The position numbers and the translations under genes are program-made. A stretch of DNA of 62,956 nt, filler included, from Lenisia limosa (Eukaryota; Protista; Breviatea), in the NCBI GenBank assembly GCA_001655205.1. It is 8 parts of 8 records of this genome, joined end to end, with 100 filler letters (N's around TTAATTAATTAA, not from the genome) between each part and the next. Parts side by side here need not be neighbours in the genome. Positions count along the whole stretch, not along the records: positions 1 to 11,640 come from LPNZ01010713.1; positions 11,741 to 26,139 come from LPNZ01009732.1; 6 more parts are not named here. The stretch is one strand, 5' to 3'. Within the stretch, counting starts at the first letter, position 1, and each line of letters begins with the position of its first letter. The notes under the pieces were generated by a model that was given only the letters and a program-made list of their open reading frames with translations, was not told the DNA's origin and made no database searches. Of this stretch, positions 1-11,958 are shown one piece after another.

Positions 1-16
1 TACCTCCTTCCAACAG

Positions 17-3000
17 ACATCACATCTCTTGATAACCACCACAGAGGTCATGAAGATATTCGCTGTCACCTGGAACGTGGCCGGTTCGACCGTTGACAAA
101 GTCAGCTTCTTTTTAACTGCTCTTGCAATATGGATCATAGTGTCATTTAAAATTGATTTTTTGTTGTTTGTTTTTGTTATTTTGTTATTTGCCTACCATT
201 TTGCCTCATCTCCGACTTTTATTTTGATTAATTAATTGGTAGCCTCAATGACAGCCTCCCCTCCAGGCCAAAAGTGTGGACCGCATGAACACTTCGTTGG
301 AGTGGCCAGGACTGGCGTGGCCGTCGCCGTATATGCCAGGCGCTTATGCTGCTGACGTCATTGTGGTGGCTCTTCAGGAAGTGGGTCTTTTGTAGCCCGT
401 CACCTCAGGGAGGGAATGATCTTGTTGCGTTGTTAACATTCAAAGAGTTATCTTGTAATGCTTTCATTTTTGTTTTTGGGTCTGAAGTGAAAATCCTTTT
501 GTTATGAGCCTGGACTGACCTCCTGGTCGTATTAGTCAAGTGTGTTAACTGAAGCATTAACAAGACTTGATTGTACTAATACTGCTGACTTGTTTCAAAA
601 GCAAGAGACAAAGACGATTCCTTATATTACAATGCCCTTTGATGAGACCTTACTTCCTCCTAGGTTGTTGATTTCGACGTCGGGTCCGTGATGCTTGGCG
701 CTGACGGCGATAAGGTCACAGAGTGGTGCCATGAGTTCTTGAAGATGATCAATGGACCGCTAAAGGAGGCCAATGTGGGACGGGGGTTGTGACCAGGATA
801 GATTCAGCGATTACTTCATTTAATCTTTTATTTGAAATTACTTACGGCCTAGGTTGAGGAATGCAACCACTTCATCCCTATCACCAGTCCTATGCAGCTG
901 GTAGGCCCAAAGTTATTACTGCAATGCAAAGTCCAGAGGGTTCTTTGCAATTCGTTTTTCAACCATAATCGCCATAGGTCGGAGTTGGCCTTATAGTCTT
1001 TGCTCGGCGTACAGTTGCCTCAAAGATTACGCATGTCAATGTCGATAAAGAAGCGGTGAGTGAATTGAACTAGTGTGTCAACCTGTTTATGGCTGAAAGG
1101 ATAAGCTTGCATAACGCTCACCAGGTGGGCGTGCAAATGATTGGCAAAAGAGCAGGCAACAAGGGAGCATGTGCCATTTCCTTCAACCTGAACTCCACGT
1201 CCATCTGCGTCATATCGTCACACTTAGCGGCAGGCCAAAAGGCTGTGGTCAAAAGAAACGAGGATTATACCGATATTACTAATGGGTATGTTGAGTAGCG
1301 ACGGGGTGTCCCGGTATCTAATGCATATGCTGTGTATTCTCGTGCTTGTTTTAACAATATGCAGTTTGTCCTTCCCCCATGCTCCTCGAACTCTCAACGA
1401 ACATGACCTTGTCATCTGGTGCGGCGATCTCAACTACAGGATCAACAACGACAATTCAAGCGTGGGGGGGGGAGTCATACCTTGGGCTTCACTTCGGTTC
1501 GAAAAAGACCGTTAAAATGTCGATAGTTTTTGAGGATTTATCGATAAATTCAGTCTTTTTTCGAACCAAAGTGAAGCCCTAGTCATATCCAACTACAGGT
1601 TGCGAGTGTCTTTTTTGTTTTGTTTTGGAACCGTGTAGAAAGGAATAGGCCTTTATTCCCTTGACCTTTTAGACCCGAGGACTGATAGCTAAGGGGGCCT
1701 TACCCGCTCTCATCGAATTCGACCAGCTGACTGTTGAGGTGAGTGTGTGTGATATTCTTGTCGTTATGCTCCATTCCATATATGATTTCATGTTCACTGT
1801 CCTGGTCGTATCTATCCGGCTCGGTTCTAACAACGCAGAAAAGAGACGGACGATGCTTCCAAGGTTACCAAGAGTTCCCGCTTGACTTTGCCCCCACGTA
1901 TAAATACGACAAGAACTCCACCGAGTATGACACTTCCGAGAAACAACGTAAGTTTCAAGGCTTGTAACTTTTTTGGGAGGCTTTGTGTGCTACAGTAATA
2001 GAAATATGTCATGGTATTCCATTATATTGGTGTTGTTTGCTGTCATCGTAGTGTATTATATCATACTATCACTGGATATATTTACCTTCTTCCTATTTTA
2101 CTATTTAGGAGTCCCATCATGGACAGATCGAATTCTCTTCAAAGATATTTACGGCATGGATGGTGGGGGGGGGGGGNNNNNNNNNNNNNNNNNNNNNNNN
2201 NNNNNNNNNNNNNNNNNNNNNNNNNNNNNNNNNNNNNNNNNNNNNNNNNNNNNNNNNNNNNNNNNNNNNACATCACAACAACCCCAGGAATCTGCAAGCA
2301 AATCGGGTATGACCGAGCAGAAGTGCTTTCCAGTGACCATCGACCCGTGAGAGCCTCCTTCGAAGTCGAAACAATGATCATAGATCAAGCAGCCAAGACC
2401 AAGGTGGAGGAGGGGGGGGGGGNNNNNNNNNNNNNNNNNNNNNNNNNNNNNCTTAAAGCAACACCATTTCGAACTGTAAACACTCACAACCATTCAGCTT
2501 GAAGCGGATGTGAGGCAAAGAGTGGCACCAATGCATCAAGTGGGTGGGGCCTCTGATAGTCACCACGATCAAGACACATCCCCCTGGTCCCTCCCCTATT
2601 CGGTCCCTCCACCATTCCTGGTCCCTACTCCATTCACACCGTCCAGGATGCACAGGCACTGAACCAATGGAGTGACCTCATTGACACCTCTGAGCTTGTG
2701 GATGTTGACGCACCGAAAGTGGGGCGGGAGGGGGGGGGGNNNNNNNNNNNNNNNNNNNNNNNNNNNNNNNNNNNNNNNNNNNNNNNNNNNNNNNNNNNNN
2801 NNNNNNNNNNNNNNNNNNNNNNNNNNNNNNNNNNNNNNNNNNNNNNNNNNNNNNNNNNNNNNNNNNNNNNNNNNNNNNNNNNNNNNTTTCCTCACCCCTT
2901 GGATCCCACGACATCGAAGGTTGGCTTCTTCTTACATTTATAATTGTCAAAATTAAACATCAGTGCACTTTATGTGTTCACTTTTGGTTTGGAAAAGACC

Positions 3001-3891
3001 AGTAAAAATTTACATTTTCAAAAGATAACAATCCAGTATTCTATAGGCACTTCCATGATTCTCAATGATACAGAGCCAAAGCTGGATGCCCATGGTCAAA
3101 CGAGTGGCACTGAGGTGTCGTCAGTCTTGCTTCCTTCGGACCAAAGTGGACATAGCGTGGCGGCAGCCTTCATGAGCCAACCGCAGCAGTTGGGGGGGAG
3201 CAATTGGCATAATATTGATCATGTCTGATATGTAAACAGTTGTGTTTTTTCACTTATTTCACAATTCCTTATGACTTGCACAGATCTTCTGAGCCTCCGC
3301 CTCTCTTCGCTTCTGCGGTTCGCTCACTGGATGGGTGTAGTTAAGCCCAATTCATGATATTGTTTTAGACACTATGTTTCTCAATCTCTGGTGGTAGTTC
3401 CATATGCTGCTTTTCATCATGTTTACTTTTTAGGCGTTGGTGGAACAGCCCACTCCTCCTCGTGGGTTTGGCTTGATTAGTAAACTAACTTGGGATATAT
3501 TGACTGTGCATACAACTTCTTCCGTCATGTTCCATTCACAATCACAGCTCTTTTCCCTGCTTCCAAGAAGGAAACGAAGGAAGTCTGTTCGGAGTTGCCC
3601 GCTGCTAACTTCTCTAGGTTAGGGGTGGGGGGGGGGGGGGGTNNNNNNNNNNNNNNNNNNNNNNNNNNNNNNNNNNNNNNNNNNNNNNNNNNNNNNNNNN
3701 NNNNNNNNNNNNNNNNNNNNNNNNNNNNNNNNNNNNNNNNNNNNNNNNNNNNNNNNNNNNNNNNNNNNNNNNNNNNNNCTCCCCCTCCCCCCAGGTCCGA
3801 CTCGAAATACTCAGCGTTTGAAGGTATGTTTGTGAGTAGCCCGTCGAGAGACCCGCGGGACCGATATGGTGACGCCGATATGTTTGAGTAG
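17..3891 (+). CDS. Inositol polyphosphate 5-phosphatase (synaptojanin/OCRL/INPP5B-type catalytic domain) with C-terminal extension; multi-exon, 5'-partial
   Basis: GT-AG exons splice in frame to the IPPc motifs KIFAVTWNVAG (about 50), DVIVVALQE, GNKGACAISF..SSHLAAG (1124-1286), IWCGDLNYRI (about 1415-1445), FAPTYKYD (about 1890), PSWTDRILF (about 2110) and SDHRPV (about 2335). Exons after about 2480 and the stop at 3889-3891 are less certain. Confidence 0.9.
1484..1579. mobile_element. MITE family A (96 bp, TIR GGGCTTCACTTCGGTTCGAAAAAGAC), intronic
   Basis: The ends are reverse complements (GGGCTTCACTTCGGTTCGAAAAAGAC / GTCTTTTTTCGAACCAAAGTGAAGCCC), followed by TA. Confidence 0.88.
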
Positions 3892-4025
3892 TATGTAGTT
3901 CTGTTTCCGCTGTTTCAATTCAATTTATGTTATTTGTTGTAAAGACAAAGGGACACTACACTCTTCCAAACTTCTCTTTGTGGCCCCGTGTACTTTTAAA
4001 TAATTACATAGTCGATAAGAAAACA

Positions 4026-7000
4026 CTATTGCCACAACTCGTCAAACTTGGACTGGAAAGCTGATTGGGCCGTGGTTTGCATTTGGGACTCCTCCCGCCC
4101 AGTTGCAATTGAAGACTGAAACATGAGACTGAGGACATATAACAACAGCAGGAAATCATATTAGACCCCCCCCCCCCCCCCNNNNNNNNNNNNNNNNNNN
4201 NNNNNNNNNNNNNNNNNNNNNNNNNNNNNNNNNNNNNNNNNNNNNNNNNNNNNNNNNNNNNNNNNNNNNNNNNNNNNNNNNNNNNNNNNNNNNNNNNNNN
4301 NNNNNNNNNNNNNNNNGTTGAGCTTGTTTCCGTTTTGTATGACACTGCAAAATCAATGAACATCTCCAAAAGTAGCAAAAATCGCTGTGCGAATTGGCCA
4401 CAACACGATACCTTCGGAGGTGTCGGCCAAAGACACTGATGAGATCCGATGCGCCACTGATGAAAGCGGTCTTTGTCGTCCTGAGGGTGGCAAATTATAC
4501 TTCATACACGGGGATACTGATACCCCCGAATTCAATAGAACTCTGTCCCAAGACCAAACATTACACTTTATGAATTGCTTGCCACCTCATACCCTCAGTT
4601 TTGGGACTGAATGTAGTGGCTGAAATTGACTGTCCTGTTGTGTGCGAAGCTCCAGTGGGGGCCAACTGGCGGNNNNNNNNNNNNNNNNNNNNNNNNNNNN
4701 NNNNNNNNNNNNNNNNNNNNNNNNNNNNNNNNNNNNNNNNNNNNNNNNNNNNNNNNNNNNNNNNNNNNNNNNNNNNNNNNNNNNNNNNNNNNNNNNNNNN
4801 NNNNNNNNNNNNNNNNNNNNNNNNNNNNNNNNNNNNNNNNNNNNNNNNNNNNNNNNNNNNNNNNNNNNNNNNNNNNNNNNNNNNNNNNNNNNNCAGTTGA
4901 ATTAGCTCAATCACAGGGCCAACTTTTGTACTCTTTAGAGCTGTTTCGAAATCCTGTTTGGAGACGGACTCGGTAACACGCGATTCAACACCCCCCTGTG
5001 AAGTTAATTCCATTGTAACACCTGGCAAGTTTATCAAAAATATCCGATTCCCTTTCTACCTGTAAAAATATGAAATGATAACCTGATTCAAATACCCGAA
5101 TTAGAGTGTCAAGTTATCAATTTCATTTGAAACATTCATAGCAACACAAAAAAACCAACCCAGCCGTCCATAGCCGCACTGATTGTGTCCACAATTCGCT
5201 TCTCCTAGAGGATTAGGAGTGAAATCAAAAATCATGTCACAAAAAAAAAAATATATTGTTTCAAAAGTGTCACAGGATATCTTGGCTTCACTTTATTCAA
5301 ACAAGGCCAATACAATGACATCGTACCGGTACAGTTGTCTGGACAGTGGCAAAGGCGGATCTGTTTGTGGTCTCAAAGGGATTATCAGTCCCCCCGGCAC
5401 GGAATGCAATGCTGGAATTGTGCTGCGACCGTGTGTTGAGGGATGTGGATGTTCCGGCGGCCTTAGCTGCTCCTAAAAAGGTTCAGCTATCGTAGATATA
5501 AGGATAATGTTGAGTAAAAAAATATGGTTTGTGTCCCCCCCCCCCNNNNNNNNNNNNNNNNNNNNNNNNNNNNNNNNNNNNNNNNNNNNNNNNNNNNNNN
5601 NNNNNNNNNNNNNNNNNNACCGGGGGTTCAGCCAAACAGTCCGACTACCGAGGAATCAGCGGAAAGGCGGAAAATACTACTGAAGCTTCGAAGCTACCAA
5701 CCTTCTGCATGACACTGTCCTTCACAAAGGGTGTGGCCTTTTTCGATGTGGAACCTTCGGGGTGCTTTGGAAAGTCTGACGTGTATGACGAAGACCAACG
5801 ATCCTGAGTAGTCAGGCGAACACAGAGTGTATGTAGACACTATACTACTTCAAGAAGAGTCACTCCGAGAAAACACGCATACATCTTTGGCTCCTGGAAT
5901 GGAAATGAGGTTGTAGTTCGTTTTGAGGGGTTCTGACTTCGCTGCCGCGCCCTAAAGCGTTACCCCTTGGAAAAGTCTATTCACGTTGAAGTATGTTCAC
6001 TATTGTTTTGTTGTTATTAACCCTCGTGTGTTGTTAGCCAACAGAATTAAGTTAGGCTTTTTTTTTCATAAAGTTGCCAATTTTACGCTGGAGTGATGAG
6101 CCTGGGCTTTGTTTTTTTTTTTGTTGTTCTCAACCCTCGTGTGTTGTCATCCAATAGAGTTGAATTTGGGCTCTTTTGTTTTTCTCATAAATCCCTAATC
6201 CCCCCATCTTACCCAGATTATTCGGATAGTGATTAGTACATTTACGCAAATATTTTTCATCGAATTTTCCTTCGGTATACCCCCCCAGATCGTTGATTCT
6301 GGGCACTCTCTTTTTTTTTTTGTTTCATAAATTTTCCAATTTTTCTCTTTCATGTTTCATAAATTTTCCTGTTTTACCAAAATTCTTCATCGAAATTTTC
6401 TTCGTTTTACTTCCCCCAGATCGCTCAGCTGGCTTCTTTTTGACAGTCTTGGCGTAGCTTCCCTCGAGGGCGTTGTCGGACCTTGTTGGAAAGAGCTTCT
6501 GCCGCCCACACTGATCAACGAAATTATGGTGGGGGTGGCTTCTTCTTCGCCCTTTGGTTTTGGGCTTCTTTGTTTTTTGTTTTATAAATTGCCCTTTTAT
6601 CCCCTCCCCACTATCACCCTGAAGCATCTCACTTTCCAGGAGTCTTTAGAGAAGAAGGAAGAGAAACAAGTTGACGACCCTTTTGTGGTTGGAGGGCGTC
6701 ACTTTGGTTGATACTTTTTTTGGACTCTGTGCATTGAATTGAATAATTAATTGCAACAAATAAAGTGGCCATTGTTACGAGAATCCCATTTCAGACATTT
6801 TAGTTTCTAATTTTGTCATTTATTTTCAAGAAATGTATTGCACGGAAACCTAGTACTTATCATAGCATGTCTCATTTTGGGGTCATTTTTCCTGCCAAAA
6901 AGACCGGAATTTGATCATCATTTTTACTGTCTTTTTGGACCATGTATGAAGCTTGATTGCTTTGGCCAGATACTTCCTTTTTCAACATTCTGGTATTATT

Positions 7001-9752
7001 ATTAACCCTTGTTTAGGCCATTTTTATTTCTTGGTATTATGGTATTATTATTAACGCTTGTTTAGGAACGAGAGACCCAGGAAACCTGTCTGATAGTGGT
7101 AGATGACGATCTTCAAAACTCGAAGGGAGAAAAGTTGGGGGGGGGGGGGGNNNNNNNNNNNNNNNNNNNNNNNNNNNNNNNNNNNNNNNNNNNNNNNNNN
7201 NNNNNNNNNNNNNNNNNNNNNNNNNNNNNNNNNNNNNNNNNNNNNNNNNNTTTTGTTTCATAAATTTTTCAATTTTACTGATTTGGGCTCTTTTTTTTGT
7301 TTCATATCGTTGCCAATCCCTACCCCGTATCCTTAATACCCCTACCCCTCTGGTTCAAAAAGACCGGGAAAATGGATAGTTTTTTCAAGGATTTATCTGT
7401 CTTTTCTCGAACAGAAGTTAATCCTTTATCATATAGCATCATATAACCCCCCCCCCCNNNNNNNNNNAAGAAGATCTTCGCTTCTTCTGACGATGATGAT
7501 GAGGATTTCGACTCTGAAGATGATGAAAGTGGGAGAGGGGGGATTTGGAAGAAGATTGCCATATAGTATTCTATGTAAGATGAGATCTAAAACCCTCGTG
7601 TATTTTGTCAGCCAATAGAGTTGATTTTGGGCTTCTTTTGTATTTTTCATAAATTGTCCAATTTTACTCCCCCCCCCCCCCTGCAGGTTNNNNNNNNNNG
7701 TTGTTCAACCCTCGTGTGTTGTCATCCAATAGAGTTGAATTTGGGCTCTTTTTTTTTCTCATAAATCCCTAATCCCCCCATCTTACCCAGATTATTCGGA
7801 TAGTGATTAGTANNNNNNNNNNNNNNNNNNNNNNNNNNNNNNNNNNNNNNNNNNNNNNNNNNNNNNNNNNNNNNNNNNNNNNNNNNNNNNNNNNNNNNNN
7901 NNNNNNNNNNNNNNNNNNNNNNNNNNNNNNNNNNNNNNNNNNNNNNNNNNNNNNNNNNNNNNNNNNNNNNNNNNNNNNNNNNNNNNNNNNNNNNNNNNNN
8001 NNNNNNNNNNNNNNNNNNNNNNNNNNNNCTGAAAACCTCCATTGGAGATAACAATATCTTAGCGCTTTTGCTGGAGCACCATCGAGACCTTCATTTAGTT
8101 CCAAAAATCACACACCATTTCGATAAGAGTAGGTTGTAAAGTCAGGGCCGACAATATCCCATATAACACCCACCACAGAAGGACCGAAATTGGAGTGTGC
8201 GGCCCGGGATGTGGACTTCCAATCAGTATCGACGTTTCTCTGCTCCCGCACCGCAAGACCCACACTGTCGGCTTGGCTGCGAGGGTGGAGCTTGGTCATG
8301 TGGACCTTTAAAACAATGTATCGTGTGGAATGTCCATTTGTAATACGTAGTACCACCCACCCTGCAGCCTTAGCTGAAGCACTGAAAATGGCCTCCGATG
8401 AAGGTATTCCTGGGTTCAGCCTGCAAAGGTTAGCAAGGGATATAAAGTGGGACTTATCAAACCAGTGTATTACTCAATAATACGATGATTGGTCTTCATA
8501 ATGTACGTAACACCAGCCATATCATTCCATTGTACTTAATGCATACTTCGACTTGATTCTTCGAGACTCAATGTCCTTCCTTTTCGCCTCTTCCACGGTT
8601 CTTTGGTTACTGAGGCGCAAGGACTCCACTGACGCACTGCAAGGCACATAAGTACAGCGCCAAAGATACAAACTCCAGCAATGAAACGTATCTATTACTT
8701 GCAAAAAAAGGTTGGGTTAAGTACTAAACCTTGCCGACCAGTGCGAGTGGGCATCCCGAGCCGTGGTGCTAAATTCGGACTTCTGGCCCCCCATAACAAA
8801 ATGGGTTTTTGAAAGGTCCTTCGTTGACATTGCTGGGGCTGATCTCTGATCACCAGTCTAATTTTTAAAATGACGGTTTGCAGCTGATGAGATGCACCCC
8901 ACAGCCTCTAAAGAACAGCTGCTCCGAAGTAGAAGAGTCACGGAACAAAAACTATCATATTTACCCCCACACACACACTCAAAAAGAGTAAAAAAAACTG
9001 TTCAAATATATCATATAAACGAACCGATCTTTCTTTGAAAGCAGCCGCCATGGTGGTGGTGTAAGGGTCGTTATCCGGTTCAATCTCGAGCTGAATGGAG
9101 GACTGTCGAGGGTCCGAATTCGTTGACTGCTGAACGCGAAAGTATTCATCTCCATATCGCCTGTCAATGATAACAACGATAAAAATGAGGAACCAATGGT
9201 TTTACAGAACTTAATCAGCTACTGTTTGTCTTGGACTTTTCAATGAACCTCCCCACTTACGGGAAATCCTTTTTGCTTGCTGAAGTGTATGTTTGCTGAT
9301 CCCCATTTGTAAATTGAAAGTTTGTCTGACGTAGCTAAACGCAATTGTTAAATCCAGTATATCGCATCATTGTACTCACCTTTTGGCCAGCATCTTTCGC
9401 AACATTTAAGTGGGTTGTTTGGGCATCCTGCCAGCCATACGAGTCCTAAAATCTCAGATGGAAGATCTTGTTTTAAAAATGTAATGTTTAATCAATGATC
9501 AAGCTGATATAAGGATGTAAAAAAAAAAAAAAAAAAAATCGGATTATGGTCAATGACACCAGTACTAAAAGATAAAATTGTTAAACAGGGAAAGGGAGGC
9601 TGAAAAATTTCAAACATATAATATATCATCGAAAAGTTGAACGTGCAGTGGGGTCACCCACTCACGCCAGTTGTAGAGCCTCGAGTTGTGCCCTCTAGAG
9701 AAAGAAAATGGCTCGGAGTGCATCGGTCACGCTGCTTGACTTCTTGCCCAAG
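4026..9752 (-). CDS. Repeat protein resembling TEX45/SAXO5 microtubule-inner proteins; multi-exon, start unresolved
   Basis: Minus-strand GT-AG exons join in phase and give about 10 copies of S[HS][FI]xL-x(5-10)-[YFW]x[TS][TS]xxx[DA][FHY], e.g. SKTHFVMGGQKSEFSTTARDAH, RQSSIQLEIEPDNDPYTTTMAAAF, HNSSIAFRAGGTDNPFETTNRSAF and SSIATGREESQMQTTAQSAF. The stop TAG is at 4026-4028. Exons between 6000 and 8030 are unresolved. The family assignment is by motif recall, not a search. Confidence 0.6.
6101..6217 (+). repeat. Intronic repeat family B copy (tandem with a partial copy at 6003-6085)
   Basis: CCTGGGCTTTGTTTT..CAACCCTCGTGTGTTGTCATCCAATAGAGTTGAATTTGGGCTC..CATAAAT..CCCAG. Confidence 0.85.
6420..7530 (+). 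CDS. Putative plus-strand exon set (acidic, unknown product) lying antisense within the span of the repeat-protein gene
   Basis: Exons 6420-6527, 6640-6687, about 7068-7134 and about 7468-7530 have canonical splice sites and T-rich introns on +. They read SLSWLLFDSLGVASLEG..NEIM / ESLEKKEEKQVDDPFV / ERETQETCLIVVDDDLQNSKGEK / KKIFASSDDDDEDFDSEDDES. No start or stop was found. Confidence 0.4.
7591..7812 (+). repeat. Two tandem family B copies; the second nearly duplicates 6123-6238
   Basis: AACCCTCGTG..GCCAATAGAGTTGATTTTGGGC..CATAAATT..CCCCCTGCAG, then about 113 bp near-identical to 6123-6238. Confidence 0.85.
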
Positions 9753-10440
9753 CTAAACTATCAATCGTGCGCTGGATATGTTCAAATTCAGGAAGGTGGG
9801 TTTGGACAAACTGCATGCAATTGAAATAAATATGACAATATAAATCTCAATTCTTTGATTCCTGTTTATACGGACCTTGTGGGCCTCCGAAGTGCGCATC
9901 GGGCGAAGAGTCTAGCCAACTCTCACAATTCAACGTCCTTCTGTCTGTTTACCTTTTTCAATATGCTTAAAACTATCAATTTGTGGTATTTGTGAATAAA
10001 AGGTGTTAAAATATGTAGGTGCTTTTGCCTTGCCTTTTTTTAAAAAAATACCAATTTATAAGTTGGACCAGTGTATATTGTTTTGGTGAATGAAAAAATC
10101 AGCCAGTGCATTGATAACGCCTATTTGAAGTAGTGTATTCATTTGTTGTGGTATTAATTAGTTTGGCAACCAGAGACTTTCGGGTTTTTCTTTTGTGCTC
10201 AGTTTTAGGCGAAATAGATGATCTAACCTGGTTTAAGAGGGATTTCTGTTGCAATTAAGCCAGTCTACTCTCACTAGAAGTCTACAATGGCAGAGCCTGG
10301 GAAGATCAACCCACGGTTGTTAAATAACCTCAATTCTGTTGGTGGTTTTATGTACTATATTGTCTATTTACACTTTACTCATCGAAATAAACCAAGTATA
10401 CTCCTTGCAGCTCTTACTCAGCCAGCTTTTTTTAAAATGA

Positions 10441-11408
10441 ATGACGGTTAAGGTATTTGGCGCTCCTCCTGTTCGTGATGGGGACGCGTTACCACCAAGA
10501 GACCGCTCTTTATCCAATGCGAATCGACCACCGCCACCTCCACCCACTCGGGCTCGCCCTGTACCTCCAGCACCGCTTGCTGTGAATCAACCTATTGTAG
10601 AAGAATCTTCTGGACCAGATTCTTCGGCCCCTAACAGCCCTGTTCTTTCAAAAAAGGAGAAAAAGGAAAGGGAGAAGCGTGAGAAGGAGGAGAAGAAGCT
10701 TCGTGCGAAAATGGAGAAGCAAGAACGGAAACAAGGCAAAGGTAAAAACTTGGACAATCTTTTCTCCGAAATAGGTTGTTGTTACTAGTTTAGGTCAAAT
10801 TCAGAACATTTCTGGCCCTACTAACTTCCAACATCACATTCACGTTGGTTTTAACGCTGACACTGGACAGTTTGAGGTATGTGTGAGATTGGATTCTTCT
10901 CACATCTGTTTTCAGGGTATTCTATCGGGGTAATTAATTCTTTAAACATAAATAAATGTTCTAATATTGCCCGGCATTCATATTCGGGATTACGCTTATG
11001 ACCTCACTCCGTCAGGGACTTCCCTTTGAGTGGGAAGCAAAGCTTGAAGATTCTGGAATCTCAAAGGAAGAACAGGAGAATAACCCAGAGGTTTGAGTAA
11101 GGTTGTTAAAGATGACTTGGTTTGAATAACAAATACTTACCTGCCTGCTGTATGGTCAGATCACAGTGGGTGATGGTTGAAAAGGGGTGACTGTGGTACT
11201 CTTTGATAGCGTTTCAAAATTTCGTTGTGTGTTCAACTATTCTTTATCGTTTTGTTGGAGTAACTTCCACATTCCCCTTAATATAATAGACCTCCTTTTT
11301 TCTCCTCCTTGCTGCATTTGACCAACACAGGCTGTTATGGATGTCCTCCGCTTCCACGACGCATACAGCAATAAAGAAGTTTCAAATTATCGCACAACTG
11401 TTTTAGAG
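10441..11408 (+). CDS. p21-activated kinase (PAK/STE20) N-terminus with CRIB/PBD; kinase domain missing because the scaffold ends
   Basis: A Pro-rich and Lys/Glu-rich first exon is followed by ISGPTNFQHHIHVGFNADTGQFE (10794-10876), GLPFEWEAKLEDSGISKEEQENNPE and AVMDVLRFH, the PAK autoinhibitory region. The start may lie upstream (ATG near 10287). Confidence 0.85.
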
Positions 11409-11640
11409 GTAAGCCGTTGTTCAATATGTTCGTGTAATATTTGACCTCGGGTGCTTTTATTGGTTTTGGCCATCTTGTTCTCCCGAAAAACTACATTTCC
11501 TGACGCACTTGAAAAATGATATTCTTTATGTACCTTTGCTCCTAGAATAGTGTGTATAAATGGGCTCTCATTTTTTTCGTAACACCTGACTGCGGATATC
11601 CATTGTCAAAATTTCATTCTTCCCCCCCTCCCCAGTCCAA

Positions 11641-11740
11641 NNNNNNNNNNNNNNNNNNNNNNNNNNNNNNNNNNNNNNNNNNNNTTAATTAATTAANNNN
11701 NNNNNNNNNNNNNNNNNNNNNNNNNNNNNNNNNNNNNNNN
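11641..11740. other. Artificial scaffold linker (44 N + TTAATTAATTAA + 44 N)
   Basis: Identical 100-nt construct with stops in all six frames. It recurs at 26140-26239, 40547-40646, 45214-45313, 55916-56015, 58674-58773 and 61287-61386. Confidence 0.97.
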
Positions 11741-11958
11741 GGGGGGGGGATAAGCTTGATATTACTGAATTTGCTTTCATAAAGACTTCAAAACATTCCA
11801 ACATGATTCTATATAGAGCTATCACACACACATACTACACATATAGAGAGAGAGAGAGAGGAAAAAAGATGAGAAATAAAACAAGGTTGCATCTGGCCGA
11901 AGCCGTTAACACCATCACGCTTAAAGAGATATTGGATTATAGTATAATATAAAGTCAC

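Noticed and set aside
5183-5807. Plus-strand Cys-rich or AKADLFVV.. reading
   Set aside because: The minus strand gives in-phase exons carrying the repeat motif shared with the rest of the 4026-9752 gene.
11685-11696. Recurrent palindrome TTAATTAATTAA as a biological motif or recombination site
   Set aside because: Always centred between exactly 44 N on each side, with six-frame stops: an assembly linker.
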